From: Dimorphilus gyrociliatus
Lineage: Eukaryota; Animalia; Annelida
Length of the DNA stretch: 64,000 nucleotides
Assembly (NCBI GenBank): GCA_904063045.1
Contig: CAJFCJ010000006.1
Location: forward strand, 124,001 to 188,000
Direction: 5' to 3'
This document shows, in pieces, positions 25,266-39,378 of this stretch (position 1 is its first letter; every line of letters starts with the position of its first letter). A model generated the notes under the pieces. It did no database searches. It saw nothing but the letters and a program-made list of their open reading frames with translations, and was not told the origin of the DNA. A program made the position numbers and the translations under genes.

Positions 25266-27656
25266 ATGAAGATCACGTTTTGGGTGATTCTTCCATTCTG
25301 TTTAGGCCAAGTGTTGAATTATTTCAATGCTTTTCAAGGAAATAAACATGGTCCGTTTGAGCGAAAATACAACAGTTTTTCAGAAACTGAAAGATTGAAG
25401 ATGGTAAACAAATCCAGAAATATGTTTTATTTTGCTTACAATAATTATATGGATCATGCCTTTCCTCTTGATGAATTAGACCCGATACATTGCAAAGGTC
25501 GAGGACCAGATAGAGAGCACCCGTAAGTAACAAAATTATATAAAAAGAAGAATCAAGCTACTAATATAATTAATTTCCAGAGAGAATATAAACATAAATG
25601 ATGTGCTAGGCGATTACTCACTAACTTTAATAGAGTCTTTAGGTACTTTAGCTGTAAGTAAAATATTCATAGGTAAAATTGCAATGTAATGATTTCCTTC
25701 CAATTAATCAGGTAATGGGCAACGCCTCAGAGTTTAAAAGAGCAGTTAACTTAGTAATAAAAAATGTTTCTTTTGATAAAAATAGTACTGTTCAGGTATT
25801 TGAAGCAACAATAAGGATATTAGGATCTTTACTATCAGCTCATATGATAGCAACAAATGAAATAAAGCTATTTGATAATTTGAAAATAGAAAATTACGAC
25901 AACGAATTGTTAAGTATGGCTCATGATTTAGCTACTAGGTACATATATATATATATATACAGTATATATTCACATTTCAATTCAAAATGTCTTCAAGTAC
26001 TAATGAGCATCAATTACTTAGATTATTACCAGCCTTTGAAAAGTCACCTACAGGCATTCCTTACCCAAGGTATAAGATATATTAGCTTAATTTGAAGAGT
26101 CAAGACTTTAATACCTATCGCATTTCGTTCATAAAGAGTCAATCTACAATTTGGAGTTCCGGAAGATTCCGTTAATACCACTTGTACTGCTGGGGCAGGG
26201 ACACTCTTATTAGAATTTGGAGCTTTAAGTAGACTACTAAAAGATCCTGTTTATGAGAGCGTTGCAAGACGATCAATTGAGAGATTATGGACACTGAGGT
26301 CAAATGTTACTGGTTTATTTGGTATGTTTGAAAAATGAAATATATCCTTTTGGAATAGGTAATTAATTGATGTTCCCTTTTCTTGCAGGTAGTATAATAA
26401 ATATGCAAACGGGGGAATGGGAAGAATCAATGAGTGGGTTGGGAGCTGGGATAGACTCTTTTTACGAATACTTACTGAAAAGCTATATATTATTTGGCAA
26501 CGAGAATGACTTGAAAAAGTTTAAGGAATCATATGAAACTATAAGGTTCTATTTACGAAAAGGCAGGCCAACATGCAATAGCGGGTGGGGTCATCCGCCA
26601 CTTTACGTTAATGTTAATATGAAAAGTGGAAAATTATTGAACAATTGGATAGACTCTTTACAAGCATCCTGGCCAGCAGTTCAAGTGATATTTGGAGATG
26701 TTGATGAAGCAATATGCACCCACGCCTATTTCTATGCAATTTGGAGAAAGTACGGTGTACTACCAGAGCGTTTTAATTGGCATTTATCTGCTCCAGACGT
26801 TTATTTTTATCCACTTAGACCCGAATTCGCTGAAAGTACATACTTACTCTATCAGGCTACAAAAAATCCATTCTATCTTCATGTTGGTAAAGATATTATA
26901 GAAAGCTTAGAGACTCATACTAAAGTAAAATGTGGCTTTGCAACGGTTCACAACGTTGGTGACAAAACGCTGGAAGATCGAATGGAAAGTTTTTTTGTAT
27001 CAGAGACTTCTAAATACCTATACTTGGTTCGTTTGAATTCTTTTTATATAATGTGCCCTCTGGTGTTTATATTTTTAATAATAAAAAAATACAAGGATCA
27101 GAAGGTTTTAAAAACGTTAAAAAAAAAGACGTTAAATGTACGTGATCGCTGTATTTCGTCTATAGCTATTTGACGAGTCCAATCCAGTAAATATCCGACC
27201 CACCGATTATTTATTTACTACGGAAGGACACATCTTTCCAATGTCAAACGAACTCAGAAAGAAAGCTCCTTTCGTTGAAGAAAAACAGACGAAATCTAGT
27301 AAGAAGTCTACTGAAAAATCTCTAGTAAAAGAAATTAAGAAAGACGAAGACGAGAATACAACCACTAAAACAAAGGACAAAGATTGGAAAGGCAATTTAA
27401 AAGCTTGCAAAGAAATCGATAATAAAAATCGTTTGATAGCTTTTTCACCTCTTCCAAAATTTGAAAATTCAAGTGTTTACGTAAGTTTACTTGAAGATTT
27501 TTTTTACGAAATTATAGTAATACTAATTAAACTTTTATCCACAAAAATTACTAGTGTAATCGACCAGAAGTGAGTGAAAGAAAATTTTCACTTCCCATCT
27601 ATGAGCGTTACTTACAACAGATAGACGCTATTGTAGGAGTTGAACCTGTTCTGTGA
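25266..27656 (+). CDS. EDEM1: ER degradation-enhancing alpha-mannosidase-like protein 1 (GH47)
   Basis: [67 protein letters not shown] and [17 protein letters not shown]. The C-terminus [28 protein letters not shown] matches EDEM1. Confidence 0.93.
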
Positions 27657-27759
27657 TACTTGATTTACATTGCTCAAATTATAAAATATACAGTAATACA
27701 GTATATACACTATAAATTTATATGTTTATATATATTTTATTTGTTTAATACAAGATGAA

Positions 27760-29344
27760 TTAAGCATCATCTTCTATTCTGTTGGTTATCGCTGCTCGTA
27801 ATTTATCGCTATTAATAAAATTATCAACATATGATTTGTAGTGAGGATTTAACAAATATTCAGGAATTCTTTTAAGTACATTTTTCTCTACTTCGTATGT
27901 CCTAGTTTTTAAAGAGAAATAATATCAGTCTTTTTTATATCTAAAGATATAAGCCTACCTTAGTCGGCACATAGCGGCTAGTATTGGTGATATTTTCCTC
28001 TCCAAATGATTCGATAAACAATTGTCAACGTATAATCTATTGACACATATTTCGGTTTTGGCATCTGCCAGAATCTTTTTTACATCATCTTCCAAAACTT
28101 TTCGATTTCTAATAGAACTTCTAATTAAATCAAAAGCTAATTCGGAGCGTGCCTGAGAGGCAGTTGATTGTAACAAATTAGCAACAGCTGTGAATTGTGA
28201 CAATAGTTCTTGGTCTAAATCTACATTGAGAAGGGAAAAGAATAAGTCAAACTTTAAACAAACATCGAACTATGTTCAACGGATGATATTTTATATCAAC
28301 CACAGATGGCAAACGTAAAAAGAAAAAAAAGCAAACGATATCTTACGTAATACATTCTCTTCAGTTAGTTGAACTCCTTTAAAGTTAAGTTGAAAGCTAT
28401 TTTTAGAAATGGAATCAATCGAGAGTCCACCAATTCTTGAATCGATTAGCAGAGTTTTAGGATTTTCCGCTAAAAGTGTAACAGTTAAATATATATTAAA
28501 AAATTATTTAGTGGTATTATTTACCTTCATTAGATATAGTAAGCATAAATAAATCTGCAACTGATGCTATTTCTGAGCAATTAATTGATCCGTTTAAAGT
28601 CCATGTTTCTCCGTCAACTTCAATAGCTAATGTATGTTCATATCCAGTGTCAATTAGACAGCATACAGAATTACCATTCTTTAATTTATTTAAAAAAGAA
28701 CTTTTATGGACGTCTTTGGCAAATTTACGAAAGAATGGTAAGGCTATACCATAGTGATGATCAATGCCAAAATGTAGATTGCCATACATACTGTAAATAA
28801 AAATAAAAGATATAATACAATATATCTATTCAAATTGCAAACGTCTTATTCATTACCATTCTTCAATTGATATCACGTTAGATAAGAAAGAAACATTTGT
28901 ATCTTTTCCTTTTTCACTATTAAACAGTTGACTTGTTATTTGAAATGCTCGTTTTTTGAATTCAATACTCTCTGGACTAATAATATGCAAATGAGTAAAA
29001 AGATTTTGCTAATTAAAAATACTTATTGTATTTTATTGCAAATAATGTTTAGAGTTGGTTTACTTACCTATTTGTTGTCTTAAATAATTCTTCTCTGAGG
29101 AATCTACGGGTCTTTCTCCTTGTTTCGTCAGTTTTTATATCAAATAACTTCCTTGTACCGATGGCTAAAAATGAATATGTTTCACCAATTTCAGGGCGAA
29201 AAGGCGGCTTTGGAATAACCTGTTTAAACCTAATTTCCTGTTTAAAACATTTAAAAACACGAAATGAACCAAATCTTCTAACTTGGAACCTATAACAGGA
29301 TCGAAGACAAACGGTAGTTTACTTAATCTTCTCAATACACCCAT
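27760..29344 (-). CDS. Long-chain acyl-CoA dehydrogenase-like protein with degenerate active site (379 aa, 7 exons)
   Basis: Exons are 29344-29270, 29219-29068, 28976-28857, 28790-28525, 28469-28347, 28220-27959 and 27901-27760, totalling 1140 nt with an open frame. Matches to ACADL include IGTRKLF...RRFLREEL, WTLNGS and LADAKTEICVNRLYVDNCL. Confidence 0.75.
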
Positions 29345-29407
29345 CCTAGACTGATGCTATTTACTAATTAATCACTTCGTTACAATTCATTTCAGTTTTA
29401 TTTTATC

Positions 29408-29425
29408 ACCTATCGTACGATAGGT
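29408..29425. repeat. Perfect 18-bp palindrome ACCTATCGTACGATAGGT
   Basis: Self-reverse-complementary, in the ACADL-like/GPR107 divergent promoter. Confidence 0.9.
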
Positions 29426-29812
29426 CAAAGTAACCTTTATCATCTGTCCTTCAATGTACTCGATATTGATAATGACGCGTTCATCATCTAGTTTTTCATC
29501 TCTTGATTATTTTTAATATAAACATACCAGTTGTAATTCTGTCTATACAACTACGCTATGCGTGTAAAAATGTTTTCCCTAAGGAATGCGTTTGGCATTA
29601 TGATAAGAAGATAACTAAAGTAATCAGCCTTTAGTGATTTCGAGATAGTCATAGAAGAATTTTCTTTGATATGGACTACAAATATCTGTGTAACAAATAT
29701 TTCGAATTGTTAGGCGCTAAAAATATTCTATGTAAAGTGTTTTTCAATTGGATAAAGCTAAAGCGAATCAGCGTCCATATTATAAATCAATCGTCACCGA
29801 AATAAATAAAAA

Positions 29813-32742
<2,930 letters not shown>

Positions 32743-34032
32743 TCAATAAAAAGAAAAGGAAAAACTTTTGATACAAAATATTTAAAAGAAACAAAAAATA
32801 AAAATTAAATATTGCATATTTTTTATTTGTACATAGAAAGTAGTTATTTTAATTTATGTTTTTCAAACAATAAACTCATACTTTGACGACAGCGATTAGA
32901 AGCTTATAACGGATAAGTTATTAATATTCATACGAAAATATGCTAATAACCTCGTGAATGCGCTGATCACACTTTAATAACTCAGATCCGCGGTATTTTC
33001 AAGTTTGCCTTTTTGATCGCTGCATTTGTGCGGCTAGATTATTCGAATAAAATACAGCTTCATAATATTTTTTGGAAAAAGAGCATAATAATAATTTAGC
33101 TTCAACTTTCATTTTTCTTTTTGGGAAAAATATATGAACATGATGCGTTTGATGACTTTTGAAGCAATTGCTGCTAGAGAGGAAGAATCCGTTGTATTTC
33201 ACTATCTATCATCAATGGGTGAGTATATATAAAAATAATAAATAATAAAAAAATACTAGGCATTACAAGCTTTTAAATTTAAACTCTAATTGAAATAAAA
33301 AAAAAAAGAAACTTTAATAGTGAATTACTCATTGAGTTCAATTGTTCAAAAATAAAAGTAAAGGGTAAAGATGAATAGATAATATATTTTACGAATGAAT
33401 ATTGATGATCGCATTTACTAAAAATTTAACAACAGTAATTATTTGAATGGCCGATATTATTTCTTTTGATAATTAAGAGAGATTAACTAATTGATACACG
33501 TTAAGAAAATGATTACTTCATAGTTGAAGTTATTTGTATTTAAATCACTTTAGTAAACAACCGTTATAAGTGATATCAATAGTTTGTCAACACATTCTAC
33601 ATCAAGCTCGTGTCGAATTACCCTCTATTTCTTTACCGAATTGTTTGCGTCGTGCGTTTCGTAAGTAATGTATTATTGTACGATGACGCCCTATAAATAT
33701 TTTTAGAACAATCAAAGTGAAAGTCGAGAAGCTGCTACTTTTTACACGACGGAAATCGAGCAATCAAGCGTGTTATTAATCAATAAATAAATTTGTTCAT
33801 ACATTTGCGCTGTTGATTCGAATTCTTGGCTCGAAAATATTTCGCGGGTTTTCTTCTACACTTACGTCATGTTGATTACCGAGTATTTGTGTGAATTATT
33901 AATAGTTATATTCTTTCAGTGAAATTGAATATATGTTTGATAGAATAGCGAATATTTTATTCAATTTGCAACAATAAAGCAGTATAATAGGACAACTGAA
34001 AGAAAATAGTCCGCGGCCCACTTAGATTTAAA

Positions 34033-34044
34033 TGCGCATGCGCA
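34033..34044. promoter_or_regulatory. NRF-1/EWG consensus site TGCGCATGCGCA
   Basis: Perfect 12-bp consensus palindrome in the CpG-richer region upstream of the NR5A gene. Confidence 0.55.
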
Positions 34045-34794
34045 GTGTAGCAGAAGTATTGAAGGGAACGTTCAGCAGTCAGGCGAATTTTCGCTAAATT
34101 TGCGGATAATTTAATGTTGACACAACGTCCTGGCCACTAAAGAAGAGTCGGGAGGTCTTGTAGGGACGATTAGTCCCCGCATTGGCCATCTACATAAAAC
34201 TTTAAAGCAGGAATCTCGCTTAATTCACGAACGAGATGAGAATGATGAAGGTACGGCTTTTTGGTCGTTGACCTCCCTTAATCGACTCCCTCTTGATCTT
34301 TTGCTCTATATATTTTTTTTATCTTAAGACGTTTGTCCGATTATGTTTCCAAGTGTTCATAATCTATGCAACGACAGAAAAAGATCGATCGATGCCAATT
34401 TATCATTTATGATAGCGTAGAAAGCGGACACCGCAAAACTGTTGCAATACTAATCAACTAGCAAAATTTAAAGCCAATTCTGCACTATGGACAGGCTATA
34501 TTGAAAAATAATCGAAAGATGCTAAAGAAACTCGGAGGCAACCCGCGGAGTAGCTAGATCCGCTCTTCGTCAGATAAGGCCAGTTGTCTTTTAGGCCTTG
34601 TCTATTCAGAAATTATAGTTACGACAATTATGTCTGTATAAGTTGTTCATTGTCATAGCCTTGGTACTAGGCCTTCCGTAGCGTTCATTCAATTTTATTT
34701 TGCAAGGTCCATATGCTTTGGGAGGATTTTTTTCATTTTTTTGTTATTGACTTTTGTTAAACTTCTCTATTATTCATTTGTACTTTTTTAAACA

Positions 34795-36201
34795 ATGACC
34801 TCGACTACCAGTACAATATATAGTATAACTAATACGGGTTTTAAAATGCTAATTACTACAGGTGCCGGTAGCTCAGAAGGTATGCCTGCATTAAATAGAA
34901 GCTTTAATCCCGTTCCCGAAGAATTGTGCCCCATTTGTGGAGATAAGACTTCTGGCTACCATTACGGCCTCCAAACTTGTGAGAGCTGCAAAGGCTTTTT
35001 CAAGAGAACTGTCCAGAATAAAAAAGTCTATTCGTGCGTTGATAATCAGAACTGCCCGATTGACAAGACTCAGAGAAAACGATGCCCCTACTGCAGATTT
35101 CAAAAGTGCCTAAATGTTGGAATGAAATTGGAGGCTGTGCGAGCCGATAGGATGAGAGGTGGAAGAAACAAATTTGGTCCTATGTATAAAAGAGATAGAG
35201 CTTTAAAGCAACAGGCATTACGTCAGCGCCAACAGCTCATGTACGTTCAACATTCAACGCCCATGGATCAAGCTAGCACTCCAGATATTAAACCAGATGT
35301 ATCCAGGCTCTATCCTCCCGTTCCAACAAATATGGCATCAGGACCAACGTCCGCCTCGTTCTACGAATCATCCGCAAATTTCTCCCCTACTGGTTATCAG
35401 CCTCCCGACATAACCGACCTACGAATGCCGTCGCCAAACGTACCTGAGATAGTTCGAACTTTAACTCAGGCTTGTTCAACGTGTGACGGTGAAGAATTGA
35501 AAATTAGACTTGCCAACACAATTGAACAGGAAATGATGAAATGGGTTTCATCAAGCTCCTATCCACCTTTCGTCAATGAGCAAAATGACTTAAGTTGCGA
35601 AATATTACACCTGTTGTGCAGGCTTGCCGATTTGAGTTTATTTCATTTAGTTGAATGGGCAAGACAAGCCATCTTCTTCCGAGATTTACAAATCGATGAT
35701 CAAATGAAGCTTTTACAGACCGCTTGGTCTCAATTACTTGTCCTTCATTTCCTCTATCGTCAGATTCAAGCCGACAAGCAAGACGAACTCATACTAGTAC
35801 ATGGTCACTCGATTTCATTCGATTTCATCCGGCGGGTAGGTTTAACAGACTGGATCGCTATTTTAACAAATACTACAAAGAAGCTTAGAGCCTTGAACAT
35901 TGACGAACAAGATCTCGCTTGTATTAGATATTTAGTACTCTTAGAGCCTGACGTTGCTGTTACAGATGAAGCTAAAATAAAGATAGAAAATTGGCAGGAC
36001 CAAGTTAGCAGAGGATTACAAGAATACACAATTAGTTGTTACTTCCATGCCCACGATAAATATCAGAAATTAATCCTCATGCTACCTGAACTTAAGCAAC
36101 TGGCCGTTAGATGTGAGAACTACTTGTATAAGCGTCATCTAGATGGTGATGTTAAAGAACACAACTTGCTTATGGAAATGTTGCACTCTCAGAGAAATTG
36201 A
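34795..36201 (+). CDS. ftz-f1: Nuclear receptor NR5A / FTZ-F1; DBD and LBD in a single exon, true N-terminus uncertain
   Basis: [37 protein letters not shown]1 box [27 protein letters not shown] and AF-2 NLLMEMLH. A probable splice acceptor lies at 34861. Confidence 0.95.
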   Translation: MTSTTSTIYSITNTGFKMLITTGAGSSEGMPALNRSFNPVPEELCPICGDKTSGYHYGLQTCESCKGFFKRTVQNKKVYSCVDNQNCPIDKTQRKRCPYCRFQKCLNVGMKLEAVRADRMRGGRNKFGPMYKRDRALKQQALRQRQQLMYVQHSTPMDQASTPDIKPDVSRLYPPVPTNMASGPTSASFYESSANFSPTGYQPPDITDLRMPSPNVPEIVRTLTQACSTCDGEELKIRLANTIEQEMMKWVSSSSYPPFVNEQNDLSCEILHLLCRLADLSLFHLVEWARQAIFFRDLQIDDQMKLLQTAWSQLLVLHFLYRQIQADKQDELILVHGHSISFDFIRRVGLTDWIAILTNTTKKLRALNIDEQDLACIRYLVLLEPDVAVTDEAKIKIENWQDQVSRGLQEYTISCYFHAHDKYQKLILMLPELKQLAVRCENYLYKRHLDGDVKEHNLLMEMLHSQRN

Positions 36202-36590
36202 TCTGTGAAAAATAGAAGAAATTATGTCTTTCTGAATGGGTGAGAGAGTGCTCTTAAGAGTTTTTTCCTTTATTTTGTGCCATTTATTTTTTTCAATTAT
36301 CCGATCCGTTTTGTTATTTTATGTACTCTTATGTTAATTATGTTTTATTTTTTTGTCATTTTTTAATTGTCAACACATACTTTACATAAGTCATTTTTAT
36401 TAAATACTGCCATGTTTAAGCGGCTGTCGTATCTCATGGATAATGTTTTTGTTTTTTCTTTTTTTTCGCTAAAAAACAGTGGCCATATGTATTTAGGTAT
36501 ATTCGTATATATTCCCACATATATCAAATCTACTTTCACATTAAATAAAAAAACGTATTATAAACAATAACATAATCTCATAAATGTATG

Positions 36591-36595
<5 letters not shown>

Positions 36596-36623
<28 letters not shown>
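36596..36623. repeat. (TA)14 microsatellite in the NR5A/EEIG1 convergent 3' region
   Basis: Directly visible. Confidence 0.9.
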
Positions 36624-37464
36624 CTGTATATAATATATTACAAGATATTGTAAATATTTTTATTTATTGTATATTAAACAGAAAAACAAAGAAAATCCAT
36701 TATAAATCTTATATCAGCATAAATATAGATTATATATAATATGCAAATTAGCATTATACACGCATATATATATATATATATTTATTTATTTATTAAAGAA
36801 AGAATGTCATGTTATATGCATATATTGTACTTTTTTAGATCAGTTTTTTTTATAAAAAAAAAAATAAGAACATTAGTGTAAAAATTATTTTTGTTGCTTA
36901 TGAACGAAATTTTTTGACCAATTTTTCTCAAATTTGTTAAATGCTTTATATAACTTTTTTCGTATATCCGCAAATATACATAAATACATAACTTTTCAAC
37001 AGAGAACGTATATATACATATATATATATTTTATAAAATAAATTCATTTCTATACATTATTTTTTATCACAGTGCCCCGTCTGGCAACACACTTATCATG
37101 ACAACACACAGCACGAAATTAATCTAAATAAGTAAAGAAAAAAAAATATTTAAATTAATAACAACTTACACGCTGTGCATAGATAAAAAGCAGTCAGCAA
37201 AAATGTCGGTTTTGTTCTTTACTTTTTTATGAGATTCATCAAAAAACATTTTTATTTATATTTTTTGTTTTTTTTTTTTAAGTATCTTTTTTTTTAATTA
37301 TTATTTTTACTACCAAATTTCAGTCTGTGCAAATTAAGTCTTTTGCATTGATTTTAAGCTTTTTTTGTTTTTTTTTTCTTTTGAATTTTCAATGCTTTAT
37401 TTCGTTCTTTGCCTAATTTTATTTTTCATTAACTTAATTTATCTTTTTTTCTTCTTATTAATAT

Positions 37465-38844
37465 TCATGTCCTAATAGAATTTTTTCGCTTGTCTTCCTC
37501 GTTTTCGGAGTCTTTGTGCGATAAAAGTGTATCAATTATACTTCCATTGTTAGGCCGAGTTTCGCCAACGTGTTGTTCGATTTTTCCCTGTTAGATGTTT
37601 TGTTTTTAAAATAATGTAACAGTGTTATATTTCAAAGATTAATTTCCAAAAGGAAGATAATAATGTTAAGAAAACTCACTCTCATATGGTATCTATCATT
37701 TTTCGGCCACGTTGACGAACTTCCCGTTGTGCAAAAAGATATCATGTCTGCTCCTGAACTAGAGTGTCGACTGTGACCTGTGCTGTATCCAGAGACCTAA
37801 AAATATAGACAGAAGGAATCATTATTATTGATTTATTGGCTGTTTTAGGTAAAAAACGACTAAGGAAAGTTTAGAATATAGATATTAGAATAAAGGAGAG
37901 AAAGCTGTGTGCAGTTCGTCCGATCCAAAATAGGCCTCAATTGAATTTGAATTTCAAATAGTCATTGCTGTAAGGGACTATAATTCCCCAAACTACTTCA
38001 GTTTTGCTTTTAAATTTGTTGATACTTTAATCTCATCAGCAGCCCTTTTTGTTCCTGTTCACTCACTCATAGAATAGGGGAAAAAATTTACATTCAACGC
38101 ATATTTCGGGATCTATTCCAATCAAAGGAAAGATAAAAATCATGATTGATAGACGAAACACAATTTAGCCATTCTGTTTAGGACGAACTATACCTTCATA
38201 TCTACCTGACTGCCGTGCCTGGAATGACCTTTACCAACTCCCCCTTCTGGTTCTTGACTCATGTGAACATGATTACCTCGGGTTAAGCTACCGAAACCCG
38301 AAGATAGTGAAGCGACACTTGCGCCATCTTCTGTCTTCGATTTGGAATCCGTTACATCGTTGGTCTGTTCAGGCTCCTTACATATAAAATTTGGAGTCCC
38401 TTCAGCGAGTTTCATGCCTAATTTAATGCAGAGAAGAGTGTTATCAGGGCGTTTCTTAACATCGTACGATTTGAGTAAACAACGTTTTCGTATAGGTTCG
38501 CCATTTTTGGCATATTCAGCAAGATCTAATTCCACGTATCCTAATTTTTTATATGACTTCCCTCCCTGTTCATCCAATCGAACAGATATTCTTACCAGAT
38601 ATGTTTTTAGGACGTCTGTCGAATTATTCGCTGTCATTTTCGCGGTGAAAGTAACATTGTGATTCCAAGCAATTTCGTGATTTTTTACTTGAACTTTCTC
38701 TGAAATATTATTCTCAACGCTTTTACCATCAACAATTCGAACCTTTACGAAAAGTGTGCCATTTGTTAAACTGACTGATGTTGCTCCTTCTATTGTTAAG
38801 TCAATGTCAAATTTCCAACGCTTCTTTTTCGACATGAAGGCCAT
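37465..38844 (-). CDS. EEIG1: EEIG1/FAM102 family C2-NT domain protein, 3 coding exons
   Basis: MAFMSKKKRWKFDIDLTIE...NGTLFVKVRIVDG...KLGYVELDLAEYA, followed by GHSRHGSQ | VSGYSTGHSRHSS | ...VGETRPNNGSIIDTL. Confidence 0.87.
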
Positions 38845-39378
38845 CCACTGTAACCAACCCAACAATATATATTATAACAAATGTTATTTATAGCAGGACT
38901 ATAAAAGTCTCAGTTATCTCAATTTTTTTTTTGCCTAGAGTCCACAACAAAAATGGTTAATTGATACAAATTTCAATCGCAATAATCAACGGCCATTTAT
39001 GATTATTGAAAAGCATCATATAGAAAAATGGTAATCTGTAACTCAATTTCCGAATCAGAATTGATACTGCAGTCTAGTAGTGAAAAATATTCCCAGAAAA
39101 AATAACAAAATTTAATTTACATTTATACCGGAAGTATTCTACACGTTTTCAACTTCCGTCGATACTACTAAGGCCATCTACAGTTTAAGAGAAGTGAACC
39201 AAGTTTTTATTTATTATTTAAATATTAAATGTAACGAGTAGACAATTCTTTTATATACAGACTGTACATACACTTCAAGTTGGTTTTCATACCTAATACC
39301 ATTAGTATTTTTCTTTTTTAAATACGAATCATTTAACAGTCTATACAATACAACAATAACAATTTTATTTTACTATAT

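Noticed and set aside
36625-36656. Two Pumilio elements (TGTATATA, TGTAAATA) downstream of the NR5A stop
   Set aside because: Such 8-mers are frequent by chance in highly AT-rich, TA-repeat-rich UTR sequence.
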